Source: a virus (taxonomy: Duplodnaviria; Caudoviricetes). From it: 46,046 nt of DNA. The notes under the pieces were generated by a model. The model ran no database searches and was not told the DNA's origin. It worked only from the letters and a program-made list of their open reading frames with translations. Below are positions 25,839 to 34,747 of this stretch, piece after piece. The stretch lies in IMG/VR virus record IMGVR_UViG_3300017780_005735, positions 1-46,046 of that record, one strand, 5' to 3'. Every line of letters begins with the position of its first letter. The first letter of the stretch is position 1. Made by a program: the position numbers and the translations under genes.

Positions 25839-26198
25839 ATGAGAAAAAGCCCCCGGACCTGGCACCGATTCTTTAAGGTGTGGAACAAGTACCGCGACCG
25901 CATGGCCGCGAAGAAAGCCCAGAAGCGGCGCCACACCCGCACGATGGAACGCCGCCGCACGCGCCCCAGCAAGGGCCAGGCGAGGTATCGCTACCAGTGC
26001 AAGGCCATGGCCTTCAACATGAGCACGCGCGCCGGCGCCGTGGCTGGCCTGCAGTGGGTCGCCCTTCGCGATACGGTGGCCGCCCAGAAGGGTTTCACCA
26101 CCAAGGCGCTGCAGGGCCTGCGCCGGTCGTGGGTGGCTATGGAGCGCGACCCGGAGCGGCTTACGTGGGTTGAGTTTCTGAAGGCTAACCGGGCATGA
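25839..26198 (+). CDS. Highly basic hypothetical protein
   Basis: Arg/Lys-rich 119 aa; stop overlaps the next ATG. Confidence 0.55.
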   Translation: MRKSPRTWHRFFKVWNKYRDRMAAKKAQKRRHTRTMERRRTRPSKGQARYRYQCKAMAFNMSTRAGAVAGLQWVALRDTVAAQKGFTTKALQGLRRSWVAMERDPERLTWVEFLKANRA

Positions 26199-26476
26199 CG
26201 CGCCAGGAAGCCGCCGAGCTGCTGGACCTTGGCCACGCCCTGCCGGCGCCGACCGCCGAGATGGTGCGCGCCAGGTTTGCGGCGAAGGTGAAGGGTCTAC
26301 ACCCCGACAGCATGAAGCTCGGCGAGAAGCTGACAGACGCAGCTGACCGTATCAGGGCGCTGAAGGCCGCCCGCGACGTTCTCCTAGCCAACGCGCCGAC
26401 GGACTGTCCGAATTGCCGAGGGTCGGGGTGGGTGGCCGAGGGGTTCCGCAAGCTGCGTTGCCCCAAGGGCTGTTGA
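26195..26476 (+). CDS. Minimal J-domain (DnaJ-like) protein with Zn-finger tail
   Basis: MTRQEAAELLDL...VRARFAAKVKGLHPD...IRALKAARDVL then CPNCRGSG...CPKGC. Confidence 0.75.
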   Translation: MTRQEAAELLDLGHALPAPTAEMVRARFAAKVKGLHPDSMKLGEKLTDAADRIRALKAARDVLLANAPTDCPNCRGSGWVAEGFRKLRCPKGC

Positions 26477-26523
26477 CAGCCGCCCCGCTTCCGACGCACT
26501 AAAGCCAGAGAGGAGTCTACGCC

Positions 26524-27018
26524 GTGCCGTTTTCCGCCGACCTCATGTCCAGAATCAAGCAGGAAGCGACGGCCTTGGGCCTGCGCTCTGCGTCGTCAAT
26601 CTCCGTTGCGCTGCGCGAGCAGCTGGTCGGAGAGAAAACGGGCGACATGGACGGACGTTCCCGAGTTTATTGGGCGGCTGCGCGCGTCGTCAACAAAGGC
26701 TGGGCAACCCCGCTTCCGGGCGCTGCGCGTCTCGACGGGCTGGACGCGCTCAGCGCGCTTGCCTCCAGCGCGTCTATGTATGTCCAACGCCTACAGTCGC
26801 CGAACGCCGACCCGCTGCAGGCTAACTGCGCAAAGGACAGCGTTCCTGCCGCGCGAGTGGCCCTGACCCGCAACGGTCACGCACACGTAGTCGTCGTGCT
26901 GCCCACGTCACGCCAGGCCCCCGAGACACCGGACTCGTGGGTGGACCTATACGTCTACAAGACCGAAGCCGACGCGGCCGGCAAGGCCGCCTCCCTCACA
27001 GCGGGCAAGGTGTTCTAG
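26524..27018 (+). CDS. Hypothetical protein
   Basis: GAGGAG SD, GTG start. Confidence 0.6.
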   Translation: MPFSADLMSRIKQEATALGLRSASSISVALREQLVGEKTGDMDGRSRVYWAAARVVNKGWATPLPGAARLDGLDALSALASSASMYVQRLQSPNADPLQANCAKDSVPAARVALTRNGHAHVVVVLPTSRQAPETPDSWVDLYVYKTEADAAGKAASLTAGKVF

Positions 27019-27021
27019 CCA

Positions 27022-29175
27022 GTGTACGACCTCGCGACGGCAGACCTCGCACGCTCGGGAATTCTGCCCGAGGAAGCGCAACGGGCCGGCATCGGCGTCG
27101 TTGACAATGCGCGCATGGTCTACATCGGGTTCGCCCGGGTGCCTGCGCTTGTGCTGCCCTACATGGACCCCCGCACACGCCAGCCCATGACCTATGGGGA
27201 CGGCCGGGTGTTCAACCGGGTCCGCTACCTCGCCGACGTGCACAATGACGAGGGCAAGCTCGTCCGCTACAGCCAGCCGCGCGACAGCGGCGTGCACGCA
27301 TACTTCGCGCCCGTCATCGACTGGGCGCCGATCCTCGACAACCCCGCCATCCCGATCGTGTTCACCGAGGGCGAGAAGAAAGCCCTGAGCGCCTGCCTGC
27401 ACGGCGTCCCGACCATCGGCCTGGGCGGCGTCTATAACTGGCGCGAGAATAACACACTGATTTCCGAGCTCGCCCTGATCGACTGGCGCGGCCGGCAGGT
27501 GATCGTCTGCTATGACAGCGACGCGGTGGACAACCCGCAGGTGCGTCAGGCTGAGCTGGCCCTGTGCGCCGAGCTGCAGCGCCGCGGGGCTGATGTGCGC
27601 CTGGCGAGGCTGGAGCACACGCCAGACGGCAAGAAACAGGGAATGGACGACTACATCGCCGCCGGCCGCATGGACGTGCTGATGAAGCTCCTTACGTCGG
27701 CTGAGTGGGTCTCGACCCTTGAGCTGGACGTGATGGCCCTGAACGCCGAGATTGCCTACATTGAAGATCAGGACTGCGTGTATGTCCCCGCCGAGAATCT
27801 GAAGCTGTCGCGCTCGGCGTTCATGATGGGCTCGCGCTTCTCGGCGCTTGAGACGTCGATCGTCCGCACCATCAAAGGCAAGCCTGTGGAGAGCAAGGTG
27901 AAGCTGGCCCCGCTGTGGCTGGTCCATCCCGGCGCGCGGCGCTACGCGGGCACTGTGTTCGACCCGGGCACGTCCGCAAACGAGGTGCACACCGATCGCG
28001 GCATCCTCCTCAACAAGTGGCGCGGGTTCACAACCGAGGACGGCGCCGTGGACGAGTTCGTTGAGCTGACGGACTACCTGTTCTCCCGCAGCGAGGAAGG
28101 CGTGCAGGAGATCGTCATGAACCTGCTGGCCTACAAGGCGCAGAACCCGGCCATAAAAATCCCGCTGGCCGTCGCCATGATCGGGCCGCAGGGCTGCGGG
28201 AAGTCCATGTGGGCCAGGATCGTGGGCAACGCGTTCTCGCCCTACTATTACGCCGTGCCTTCGAAGGCGCTCAAGGCCGACTTCCAGCCCTTTATCGAGG
28301 ACAGCCTCATGGTCGTGATCGACGAGGCACAGGCCGTGCACGTCGAGGGCGCCCGCGACAAGCTGAAGAACCTGATTTCCGAATCGAAGCAGGAGCTGAA
28401 CAAGAAACATGTCAGCCAGGTTCAGATCACAACTTATTGCCAGTTCATCCTTACGTCCAACGACCGCCGCGTCGGCGCCTTCGAACGAGATGACCGGCGC
28501 CACATTGTCGTTGACTGCCCGAGGAAGCGCGAAGATTCGTTTTATGATCGCCTCGGAAAATGGGAAGCCGCCGGCGGCGCTGCGCGGCTCATACATTATC
28601 TCCTGAACCTCGACCTCAAGGGCTGGCAGCCGCCGAAGATGGCGCCCATGACGGCCGAGAAGCACATGAGCTACATGGAGGCTCTGAAGCCTATCGAGAA
28701 GGTCGCCGAGGAGATGCAGAGTGCCGACTACAACGTTGTGGCCATGTGGATCGACGGCGCACTGGCATGGGCACGCGTCGCCGAGCTGGGCAACAACGCA
28801 CAGGACGCAGCCAAGGCGCGCGAGATCACGCAGGTTCTCGGCTCGGCACAGGTCCGCCCGTTCTACACGCCGGAGGAGCTCGCCCTGATGTTCCCGTCCA
28901 TCGTGGCGCAGCTGTACGGTAACAAGAAAATGGAGACGACGCCGAGCGGAGAGATCAGCCGCCAGCTCCGCAACAACGGCATCCCCTACCTGAAATGCCT
29001 CGACAATCCGCAGGGCTTCCGTTGGCGCGGCCGGCTTGCCCAGTTCCTTATTATCGCCGATCAGGACACCTGGCGTAACGGCATCACGCAGGCCCAATTC
29101 GAGACGGAAATGGCCCGGTTTCCGACCTACGCGCAGGCACAGAACTTGCGAAACCAGCGTCAACGTGCTTCATAG
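27022..29175 (+). CDS. Primase-helicase (DUF3854-type TOPRIM plus C-terminal P-loop NTPase)
   Basis: RYSQP, FTEGEKKA, CYDSD, GMDDY; GPQGCGKS Walker A, VVIDEA Walker B, ILTSN, DDRR. Confidence 0.9.
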   Translation: MYDLATADLARSGILPEEAQRAGIGVVDNARMVYIGFARVPALVLPYMDPRTRQPMTYGDGRVFNRVRYLADVHNDEGKLVRYSQPRDSGVHAYFAPVIDWAPILDNPAIPIVFTEGEKKALSACLHGVPTIGLGGVYNWRENNTLISELALIDWRGRQVIVCYDSDAVDNPQVRQAELALCAELQRRGADVRLARLEHTPDGKKQGMDDYIAAGRMDVLMKLLTSAEWVSTLELDVMALNAEIAYIEDQDCVYVPAENLKLSRSAFMMGSRFSALETSIVRTIKGKPVESKVKLAPLWLVHPGARRYAGTVFDPGTSANEVHTDRGILLNKWRGFTTEDGAVDEFVELTDYLFSRSEEGVQEIVMNLLAYKAQNPAIKIPLAVAMIGPQGCGKSMWARIVGNAFSPYYYAVPSKALKADFQPFIEDSLMVVIDEAQAVHVEGARDKLKNLISESKQELNKKHVSQVQITTYCQFILTSNDRRVGAFERDDRRHIVVDCPRKREDSFYDRLGKWEAAGGAARLIHYLLNLDLKGWQPPKMAPMTAEKHMSYMEALKPIEKVAEEMQSADYNVVAMWIDGALAWARVAELGNNAQDAAKAREITQVLGSAQVRPFYTPEELALMFPSIVAQLYGNKKMETTPSGEISRQLRNNGIPYLKCLDNPQGFRWRGRLAQFLIIADQDTWRNGITQAQFETEMARFPTYAQAQNLRNQRQRAS

Positions 29176-29195
29176 CGCCCTGAGAGAGGACACCC

Positions 29196-29597
29196 ATGGC
29201 TGAGTTTAACCTGCCGCCCCTGCACGAGTGCCCGGACGAGTTCAAGCGCGTCCAAGGCATCCGCCTTGCCATGCAGAAAGAAGTCGAGCGCGTCGAGGCA
29301 TATGAGAAAGCCATCGAGCAGCACATGATCGCCAACATCCCGAAGGGCCAGGCGGGCGTGTTTGGTCTGCAATACAAGGCACAGGTTGTCACGAAGCCGA
29401 CCATTCGCGTCTCCGAAGGCGGCTGGCCGCAGCTTCTCAACTGGGTCCGCCAGACGGGCCGGTTCGACATCCTGCAAAAACGGGTCAACACGGCGCCGCT
29501 TCTCGAGCTGTGGGATGGCGACCCGCAGACGCAACCCGTGCAAATCCCCGGCACCGAGCGCGCCAACGACGTGAAACTCTCAGTTACGAAGGTTTAA
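29196..29597 (+). CDS. Conserved phage replication-module hypothetical protein
   Basis: GAGAGGA SD; W..L..WVRQTGRFDILQKRVN..IPG. Confidence 0.7.
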   Translation: MAEFNLPPLHECPDEFKRVQGIRLAMQKEVERVEAYEKAIEQHMIANIPKGQAGVFGLQYKAQVVTKPTIRVSEGGWPQLLNWVRQTGRFDILQKRVNTAPLLELWDGDPQTQPVQIPGTERANDVKLSVTKV

Positions 29598-29600
29598 GAG

Positions 29601-30467
29601 ATGACCGGCACAGACCTCACCAACTATGACGCCGAGTGGGCCGCCTACGCCCAGCAGTTTGCCACGCAGGTCCCCGTGACCACAGCCGGCAAGTCGCTGT
29701 CGATCAAGGGCGGCGTGTTCAGCCAAGGCGACCAGCAGCTGGGCACCATGCTCTGCGCCATCATCCTCGACAGCGTCGCGCTCAACAAATACTACGAGGG
29801 CGACTATGTGGAGGGCGCCAAGAGCACGCCGAAGTGCTACGCCTACGGCTTCCCGCCCGAGGAGATGAAGCCGCACGTCGAGTCGATGCAGCTCCACATG
29901 GATACGTTCTATCCGCAAACGCTGAACCCCGCGACGGGCGAGATCGGACCCTGTAGCAAGTGCAAGTGGAACGAGTTCGGCAGCGCCTCGCGAGGCCAGG
30001 GCAAGGCGTGCAAGAACGTCGATCGTCTGGCGCTCATCCCGGCCGGCATGTTCGTGCAGCAGCGCGGAGGCTTCGGCTATGACCTCAAACTGTTCACCGA
30101 CCCGCAGCACTTCGCCACGACCGAGCTCAACAAGATGGACCTTCCGGTTACGTCTGTGGTCAACTACCGCAAATTCGCGAACAACTGCATCAAGGAGACG
30201 CAGCGGCCACCGTGGGGCGTCATCGCCGTGATCGAGCTGGCGCCGCATCCGAAGTTCCAGACCGAGGTGAAGTTCCACATTCAGGAGCTGGTTGACCCGG
30301 CGCTGTTCCCGATCATCCGCGACCGCCACCAGGCAGCTCACGCCGGCATGATCGAGCCCTTCTCGCCGCCGCGTGACGAGGCCCCGACAGCGCCGGCGCA
30401 CGCTCAGCCTGTGGCGACGCCGCGTCCTGCGTTCGTGCCGCAGACGGCTCAGGGGCTGCGCCGCTGA
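29601..30467 (+). CDS. Putative ssDNA-binding/annealing protein
   Basis: YYEG.Y..PKCYA..CSKCKWNEFGS..GKACKN..RLALIP; located between primase and polymerase; function inferred. Confidence 0.55.
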   Translation: MTGTDLTNYDAEWAAYAQQFATQVPVTTAGKSLSIKGGVFSQGDQQLGTMLCAIILDSVALNKYYEGDYVEGAKSTPKCYAYGFPPEEMKPHVESMQLHMDTFYPQTLNPATGEIGPCSKCKWNEFGSASRGQGKACKNVDRLALIPAGMFVQQRGGFGYDLKLFTDPQHFATTELNKMDLPVTSVVNYRKFANNCIKETQRPPWGVIAVIELAPHPKFQTEVKFHIQELVDPALFPIIRDRHQAAHAGMIEPFSPPRDEAPTAPAHAQPVATPRPAFVPQTAQGLRR

Positions 30468-30949
30468 TGCTACCCCTTCGTTTCTTCGTTCAAGAATCCA
30501 TGGCGATCGAGAACATCAACGACCCCGTGTCGCTGCTGAACGACATCGCGCAGCACGACAAGTGGCTCAAACTCGAGAACCTCACGGTCGAGGAGATCAG
30601 TGGCTTCTCCCGCGCCATCGACCCCAAGGCCGATTTCATCAAGTCGCCGCAGCACACCGAGCAGCTCAAGGCGATGCTCGAGAACGCCATGGTCGGCGCC
30701 GCTGCGATCAAGCGCGAGGAGACGGAGACCCGCAAGCCGCAGCCTGAGCGTCGTGCGTGGCTGGCCTACGTCACACACCGCGCCTTCCACGAGATCGCAC
30801 CGTTCGTGGTGTCGCCGATGAACGGTATCGTGAGCCGTGCAATCTGGCTGTGGATCATGGGCGGCAAGATCGACAGCCTGTTCTCTCACGCATGGTACAG
30901 ACACACGCTCCGCTACGGCGGGACGCCGGAGATCAAGGAGAAGAAATGA
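30467..30949 (+). CDS. Degenerate Fic/Doc-like protein
   Basis: FVQESMAIENI and HRAFHEIAPFVVSPMNGIVSRAIW compared with canonical H..F..IHPF.DGNGR..R. Confidence 0.55.
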   Translation: MLPLRFFVQESMAIENINDPVSLLNDIAQHDKWLKLENLTVEEISGFSRAIDPKADFIKSPQHTEQLKAMLENAMVGAAAIKREETETRKPQPERRAWLAYVTHRAFHEIAPFVVSPMNGIVSRAIWLWIMGGKIDSLFSHAWYRHTLRYGGTPEIKEKK

Positions 30950-31329
30950 CGGACGTTCGCGAATACGCAGCCATCAAAGGCATCACGACCGAGGAGGCCG
31001 CCCGCGAGCTGGGCGAGCAGTACCAGACGGAGCCTGCTGGCTTCGGCCACAACTCCGGTATGCAGGTTGCCAGCCCCGACGCCTCGGCGCTCACCAAGGC
31101 CGCCAAGGAAAAGCTGCGCCACATCGTCGCCAAGGTGAACGCCCTCGACGAGGAGCGCAAGGAAGTCGCCGGCCAGATCAAGGACGTCTACGCCGAAGCC
31201 AAGTCGATGGGCTACGACACGAAGGCGCTCCGCAAGGTCATCCGCGAGATGAACATGGACCGCCAGGAGCGCGAGGAGATGGAGGCGATCATGGACGTCT
31301 ACCGGATCGCGCTGGAAATGAAGGACTGA
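30946..31329 (+). CDS. gapR: GapR/DUF2312 family DNA-binding protein
   Basis: GHNS..LRHIVAKVNALDEERKEVAGQIKDVYAEAKSMGYDTKALRKVIR..ERE..EAIMDVYRIAL. Confidence 0.88.
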   Translation: MTDVREYAAIKGITTEEAARELGEQYQTEPAGFGHNSGMQVASPDASALTKAAKEKLRHIVAKVNALDEERKEVAGQIKDVYAEAKSMGYDTKALRKVIREMNMDRQEREEMEAIMDVYRIALEMKD

Positions 31330-31330
31330 C

Positions 31331-31801
31331 GTGGCGAAGAGGGGAGAGGTCAGAGCATTCGTTGACGGGCTTCTGTTGACGGACACACAGGAGTGCATCC
31401 TGTGGCCGTACTCAGTTGGCTCGCACGGATATGGCGACTTTAAGCGCGACGGCAAGCACAGCCTGGCGCATCGCTGGGTTTGCGAACAAGCGCACGGCCC
31501 GGCTCCGCTCTCCAACATGGACGCCGCACATTCTTGCGGGCGGGACCTTTGCGTAAACCGGAAGCACTTGTCTTGGAAATCTCACGCAGACAACTGTGCT
31601 GACAAACTCCTGCACGGAACCCAGCCGCAGGGGGAGTCTGTCCACCTTGCGGTGCTGACGGAGACGGAGGCCGCGAAAATACTGGCGACGCCGAAAGTTC
31701 GTGGCAGCGGCATAGCTCTTGCTGAGTTGTACGGGGTGTCGCAGGCCACTGTTAGCATGATTCGTAGCGACAAAACGTGGAAGCATCTATGCCGCACATA
31801 G
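31331..31801 (+). CDS. HNH homing-type endonuclease with C-terminal HTH
   Basis: CILWP..GYG..AHRWVC..HGP..AHSCG..CVN.KHL.W..N..D..HGT; LAELYGVSQATVS.IR..KTW. Confidence 0.85.
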   Translation: MAKRGEVRAFVDGLLLTDTQECILWPYSVGSHGYGDFKRDGKHSLAHRWVCEQAHGPAPLSNMDAAHSCGRDLCVNRKHLSWKSHADNCADKLLHGTQPQGESVHLAVLTETEAAKILATPKVRGSGIALAELYGVSQATVSMIRSDKTWKHLCRT

Positions 31802-33705
31802 TCGTTCTGGATTGGGAAACGCTACCCATTGAGCAACGCCCGGCATATCCGCCCAAGCCCGTGGGTCTGGCAGTCTTGGGCGCTCAGCACATCCCCGGCG
31901 GACCGTGGTGTGACGGCTATTACGCCTTTGGCCACCCCTCTGGTAACAATTGCTTAGTCGAGGATGTCCGCGCGCTGTTGACATCTCTGTGGGTCGAGGC
32001 CGCCGCCGGCCGTGTAGAGATTCTGGGCTTCAACTCAAAATTCGATATGTCCGTCTGCTACGAGGGGCTCGGCCTCCCGACCCTTCCGTGGTGGGCCGTG
32101 CATGACGCGATGTACCTCGCCTTCCTCGCCAATCCACACGCCAAGAACCTCGACCTCAAGAGCCTTGCGGAGAACCTTTTCAACTGGCCGCCAGAGCAGC
32201 GCGACGCCATCAACGACTGGGTCGTCGAGAATGTGGAGGAGCTGCGCAAACAGTACGCCCCTGAGAAGATCACGATCACGAAGGGCAAGGTCGCGAATCT
32301 GTGGCGCTGGTATGCCCGCGTGGATGGCCAGCTGGCCGGCTCCTACGCCAACGGCGACACGGCGCGCACGAAGGCCCTGTTCGATCACCTGTATCCAAAG
32401 ATCGTCCAGAGCGGGATGCTCGAGGCGTACAACCGACTCCGCCAGATCACGCCCATCTTCATGGAAAACGAGCGCCTGGGGATGCGCGTCGACCTCGAGC
32501 TGCTGAAGCAGGACGTGCAGAAGTACAGCGCCGCCTTGAGCAAGGTCGAGGCAGCGATCCGCCAGTATCTGCGTGCGCCCGACCTGAACCTCGACGCCGA
32601 CATCGACATGGCCAATGCGCTGGACGCAGTGGGCGCCGTGACGCAGTGGGTCCTGACCGAGAGCGGCGAGAAGTCCGTCAGCAAGGTCAACCTCAAACCC
32701 CACCACTTCCGTGACCCGGAACTCGCCAGCGCGCTCGGCTACCGCAACCGCCTAGTGACGGCGCTGAACACGTTCATGATACCGTGGCTCGAGCAGGCCC
32801 AGAAAACCGGCGGCACGATCCACACCAACTGGAACATCACCCGCGGCGACGCCGGCGGCACGCGCACCGGCCGGCCGTCGACGTCGAACCACAACTTCCT
32901 GAACCTCGCCAAAGATTTCGAGACGAAGAAAGACGGCTATGTCCATCCTGACTTTCTTGACCTCCCCGCGCTACCTCTTGTCCGCCGCTATGTCCTGCCT
33001 GATGCTGGCCATGTTTTTCTTCACCGTGATTTCAGCGGCCAAGAGCTGCGCGTGTTTGCTCACTTCGAAGCCGGAGAGCTCAACGCCGCCTACAACGAAA
33101 ACCCGAACCTGGACCCTCATGACGAGTGGGTCCGCCCTCTCATGGAGCGAGCGTCCGGCAAGACCTACGACCGCACCAAAATCAAGACGCTGAACTTCCA
33201 AGGTATCTACGGCGGCGGCGCGCCGGCCCTGGCGAAGGCGCTCGAGATAACAGTGCAGGAAGCCAAGGCGCTCAAGGTCGAGCACGACAAGGCGCTCCCG
33301 GGCCGCAAGCTGGTCGCCGACACCATCACCGCCATCTTCAAGCGCGGCGACGCGATCCGCACCTGGGGTGGGCGCCTCTACTATTGCGAGCCGGCCGGGC
33401 ATTCGAAGAAACACGGCAAGTGGATGTCCTATGAGTACAAGGGCATCAACTACGAGGTGCAGGGCTCCGCCGCCGACCTGACGCTCGAGTCGATCATCGA
33501 CTGGTACAACGACCCCGAGCGCGATCCGCGCACGCGCCTTCTGGTCACGGTCTACGACGAGATCAACATCTCCTGCCCGCCGGAGATCGAGGCACAGCAG
33601 ATGCAGGTGCTCAAGCGGAACATGGAGAAGCAGCGCCTGTCTGTCCCGATGCTGAGCGACGGGAAGCGCGGTCTGAGCTGGGGAGCGTTGGAGAAATGCG
33701 CCTAG
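31789..33705 (+). CDS. Family A DNA polymerase with 3'-5' exonuclease
   Basis: DWET, FNSKFD, YANGD; TRTGRPS; motif A DFSGQELRV, motif B KTLNFQGIYG, QGSAAD, motif C VYDE. Confidence 0.93.
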   Translation: MPHIVVLDWETLPIEQRPAYPPKPVGLAVLGAQHIPGGPWCDGYYAFGHPSGNNCLVEDVRALLTSLWVEAAAGRVEILGFNSKFDMSVCYEGLGLPTLPWWAVHDAMYLAFLANPHAKNLDLKSLAENLFNWPPEQRDAINDWVVENVEELRKQYAPEKITITKGKVANLWRWYARVDGQLAGSYANGDTARTKALFDHLYPKIVQSGMLEAYNRLRQITPIFMENERLGMRVDLELLKQDVQKYSAALSKVEAAIRQYLRAPDLNLDADIDMANALDAVGAVTQWVLTESGEKSVSKVNLKPHHFRDPELASALGYRNRLVTALNTFMIPWLEQAQKTGGTIHTNWNITRGDAGGTRTGRPSTSNHNFLNLAKDFETKKDGYVHPDFLDLPALPLVRRYVLPDAGHVFLHRDFSGQELRVFAHFEAGELNAAYNENPNLDPHDEWVRPLMERASGKTYDRTKIKTLNFQGIYGGGAPALAKALEITVQEAKALKVEHDKALPGRKLVADTITAIFKRGDAIRTWGGRLYYCEPAGHSKKHGKWMSYEYKGINYEVQGSAADLTLESIIDWYNDPERDPRTRLLVTVYDEINISCPPEIEAQQMQVLKRNMEKQRLSVPMLSDGKRGLSWGALEKCA

Positions 33706-34580
33706 CCGCGTACTATAACGAGCATGACGAGTTCGCCGCACAGTGGCTGCGCAACCTGATCGCCGCGGGCCACATTGCGCCTGGCGACGTAGACGAGAGA
33801 GACCTGTGGGATGTCAGACCCGATGACCTTGTCGGCTACAGCCAAGTTCACTTCTGCGCCGGAATCGGCATCTGGTCCCTTGCGCTACGAGCCGGGGGTT
33901 GGTGTGATTCACGTCCCGTCTGGACAGGTAGTTTCCCGTGCCAGCCTTTCAGCGCGGCAGGCAAGAGACTTGGGGCTGCTGACGAGCGGCACCTGTGGCC
34001 GGCGGGATACCATCTCATCAGCGTCTGCCGTCCTGACGTTGTCCTTGGCGAGCAGGTTGCAAGCCCTGACGGCCTCGGTTGGCTCGAGGGTCTACAGGCT
34101 GACATGGAAGCTGCGGGCTATGCCGTCGGGGCGGTCGATACCTGCGCTGCGGGCTTTGCGGATCAAGCCACCGGCGAGGAAGGCTTCCACATCAGACAGC
34201 GCCTCTACTGGGGTGCTAAAAGGCTTGGCAACGCCGACGACGCGCGATCACAAGGATGGCGGATCGGCGGGAACGGCGCCGGTCAACGGCCTGCTGGGCC
34301 GGCAGGTGTGGCTCATGGGCTGGGCGACGCCCAAGGCGAGCGACGCAGATGGCGGCCGGACGACGGAAACCAAGGGTGGCGGCAACGTGCACCTGGACAA
34401 GCAGGCGCGGCGGATTGGCTCCGAAACTCCGATGGAGACTGGCAACCAGTTGAACCCGGAACATTCCCGCTGGCTCATGCGAATCCCGCCAGAGTGGGCC
34501 TCATCCGCGCCTACGGAAACGCCCTCGACGCTGCGCAAGCGACGGGCTTCGTAACCGCCTGGATGGAGTGCGCGCCGTGA
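33696..34580 (+). CDS. C5 cytosine DNA methyltransferase, alpha-type polypeptide lacking motif IX
   Basis: HFCAGIG (I), FPCQPFS (IV), EQV (VI), HIRQRLYW (VIII), RAYGNAL (X). Confidence 0.85.
   Translation: MRLAAYYNEHDEFAAQWLRNLIAAGHIAPGDVDERDLWDVRPDDLVGYSQVHFCAGIGIWSLALRAGGWCDSRPVWTGSFPCQPFSAAGKRLGAADERHLWPAGYHLISVCRPDVVLGEQVASPDGLGWLEGLQADMEAAGYAVGAVDTCAAGFADQATGEEGFHIRQRLYWGAKRLGNADDARSQGWRIGGNGAGQRPAGPAGVAHGLGDAQGERRRWRPDDGNQGWRQRAPGQAGAADWLRNSDGDWQPVEPGTFPLAHANPARVGLIRAYGNALDAAQATGFVTAWMECAP
33811..34554 (+). CDS. Nested +1-frame beta-type MTase polypeptide with target-recognition-like and motif IX-like segments (true start uncertain)
   Basis: ATPTTRDHKDG, GWATPKASD and LNPEHSRWLMRIPPEW; same layout as M.EcoHK31I. 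Confidence 0.7.
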   Translation: MSDPMTLSATAKFTSAPESASGPLRYEPGVGVIHVPSGQVVSRASLSARQARDLGLLTSGTCGRRDTISSASAVLTLSLASRLQALTASVGSRVYRLTWKLRAMPSGRSIPALRALRIKPPARKASTSDSASTGVLKGLATPTTRDHKDGGSAGTAPVNGLLGRQVWLMGWATPKASDADGGRTTETKGGGNVHLDKQARRIGSETPMETGNQLNPEHSRWLMRIPPEWASSAPTETPSTLRKRRAS

Positions 34581-34747
34581 CCGAGTTCGAAGCCTTCCAC
34601 CGCTGGGCCATGGAGCAGCTCGACAAGCTCGAGACCTATCCAAGCGGCCCGGTGTTCTCAGACGGTACGGGGATTGCAGGAGCCTCGTGGGACCGTAAGA
34701 TGTCGTTTCTGCTTTACATGTTCACCAAGGGAGTGCCGCCGCCGTGA
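34577..34747 (+). CDS. Small hypothetical protein
   Basis: GTGA overlap; 56 aa. Confidence 0.45.
   Translation: MTEFEAFHRWAMEQLDKLETYPSGPVFSDGTGIAGASWDRKMSFLLYMFTKGVPPP

Noticed and set aside
26473-26505. TTGACA as a sigma70 -35 box
   Set aside because: No convincing -10 element at 16-18 bp spacing
26947-29163. 738-aa minus-strand ORF
   Set aside because: Antisense to the primase-helicase gene
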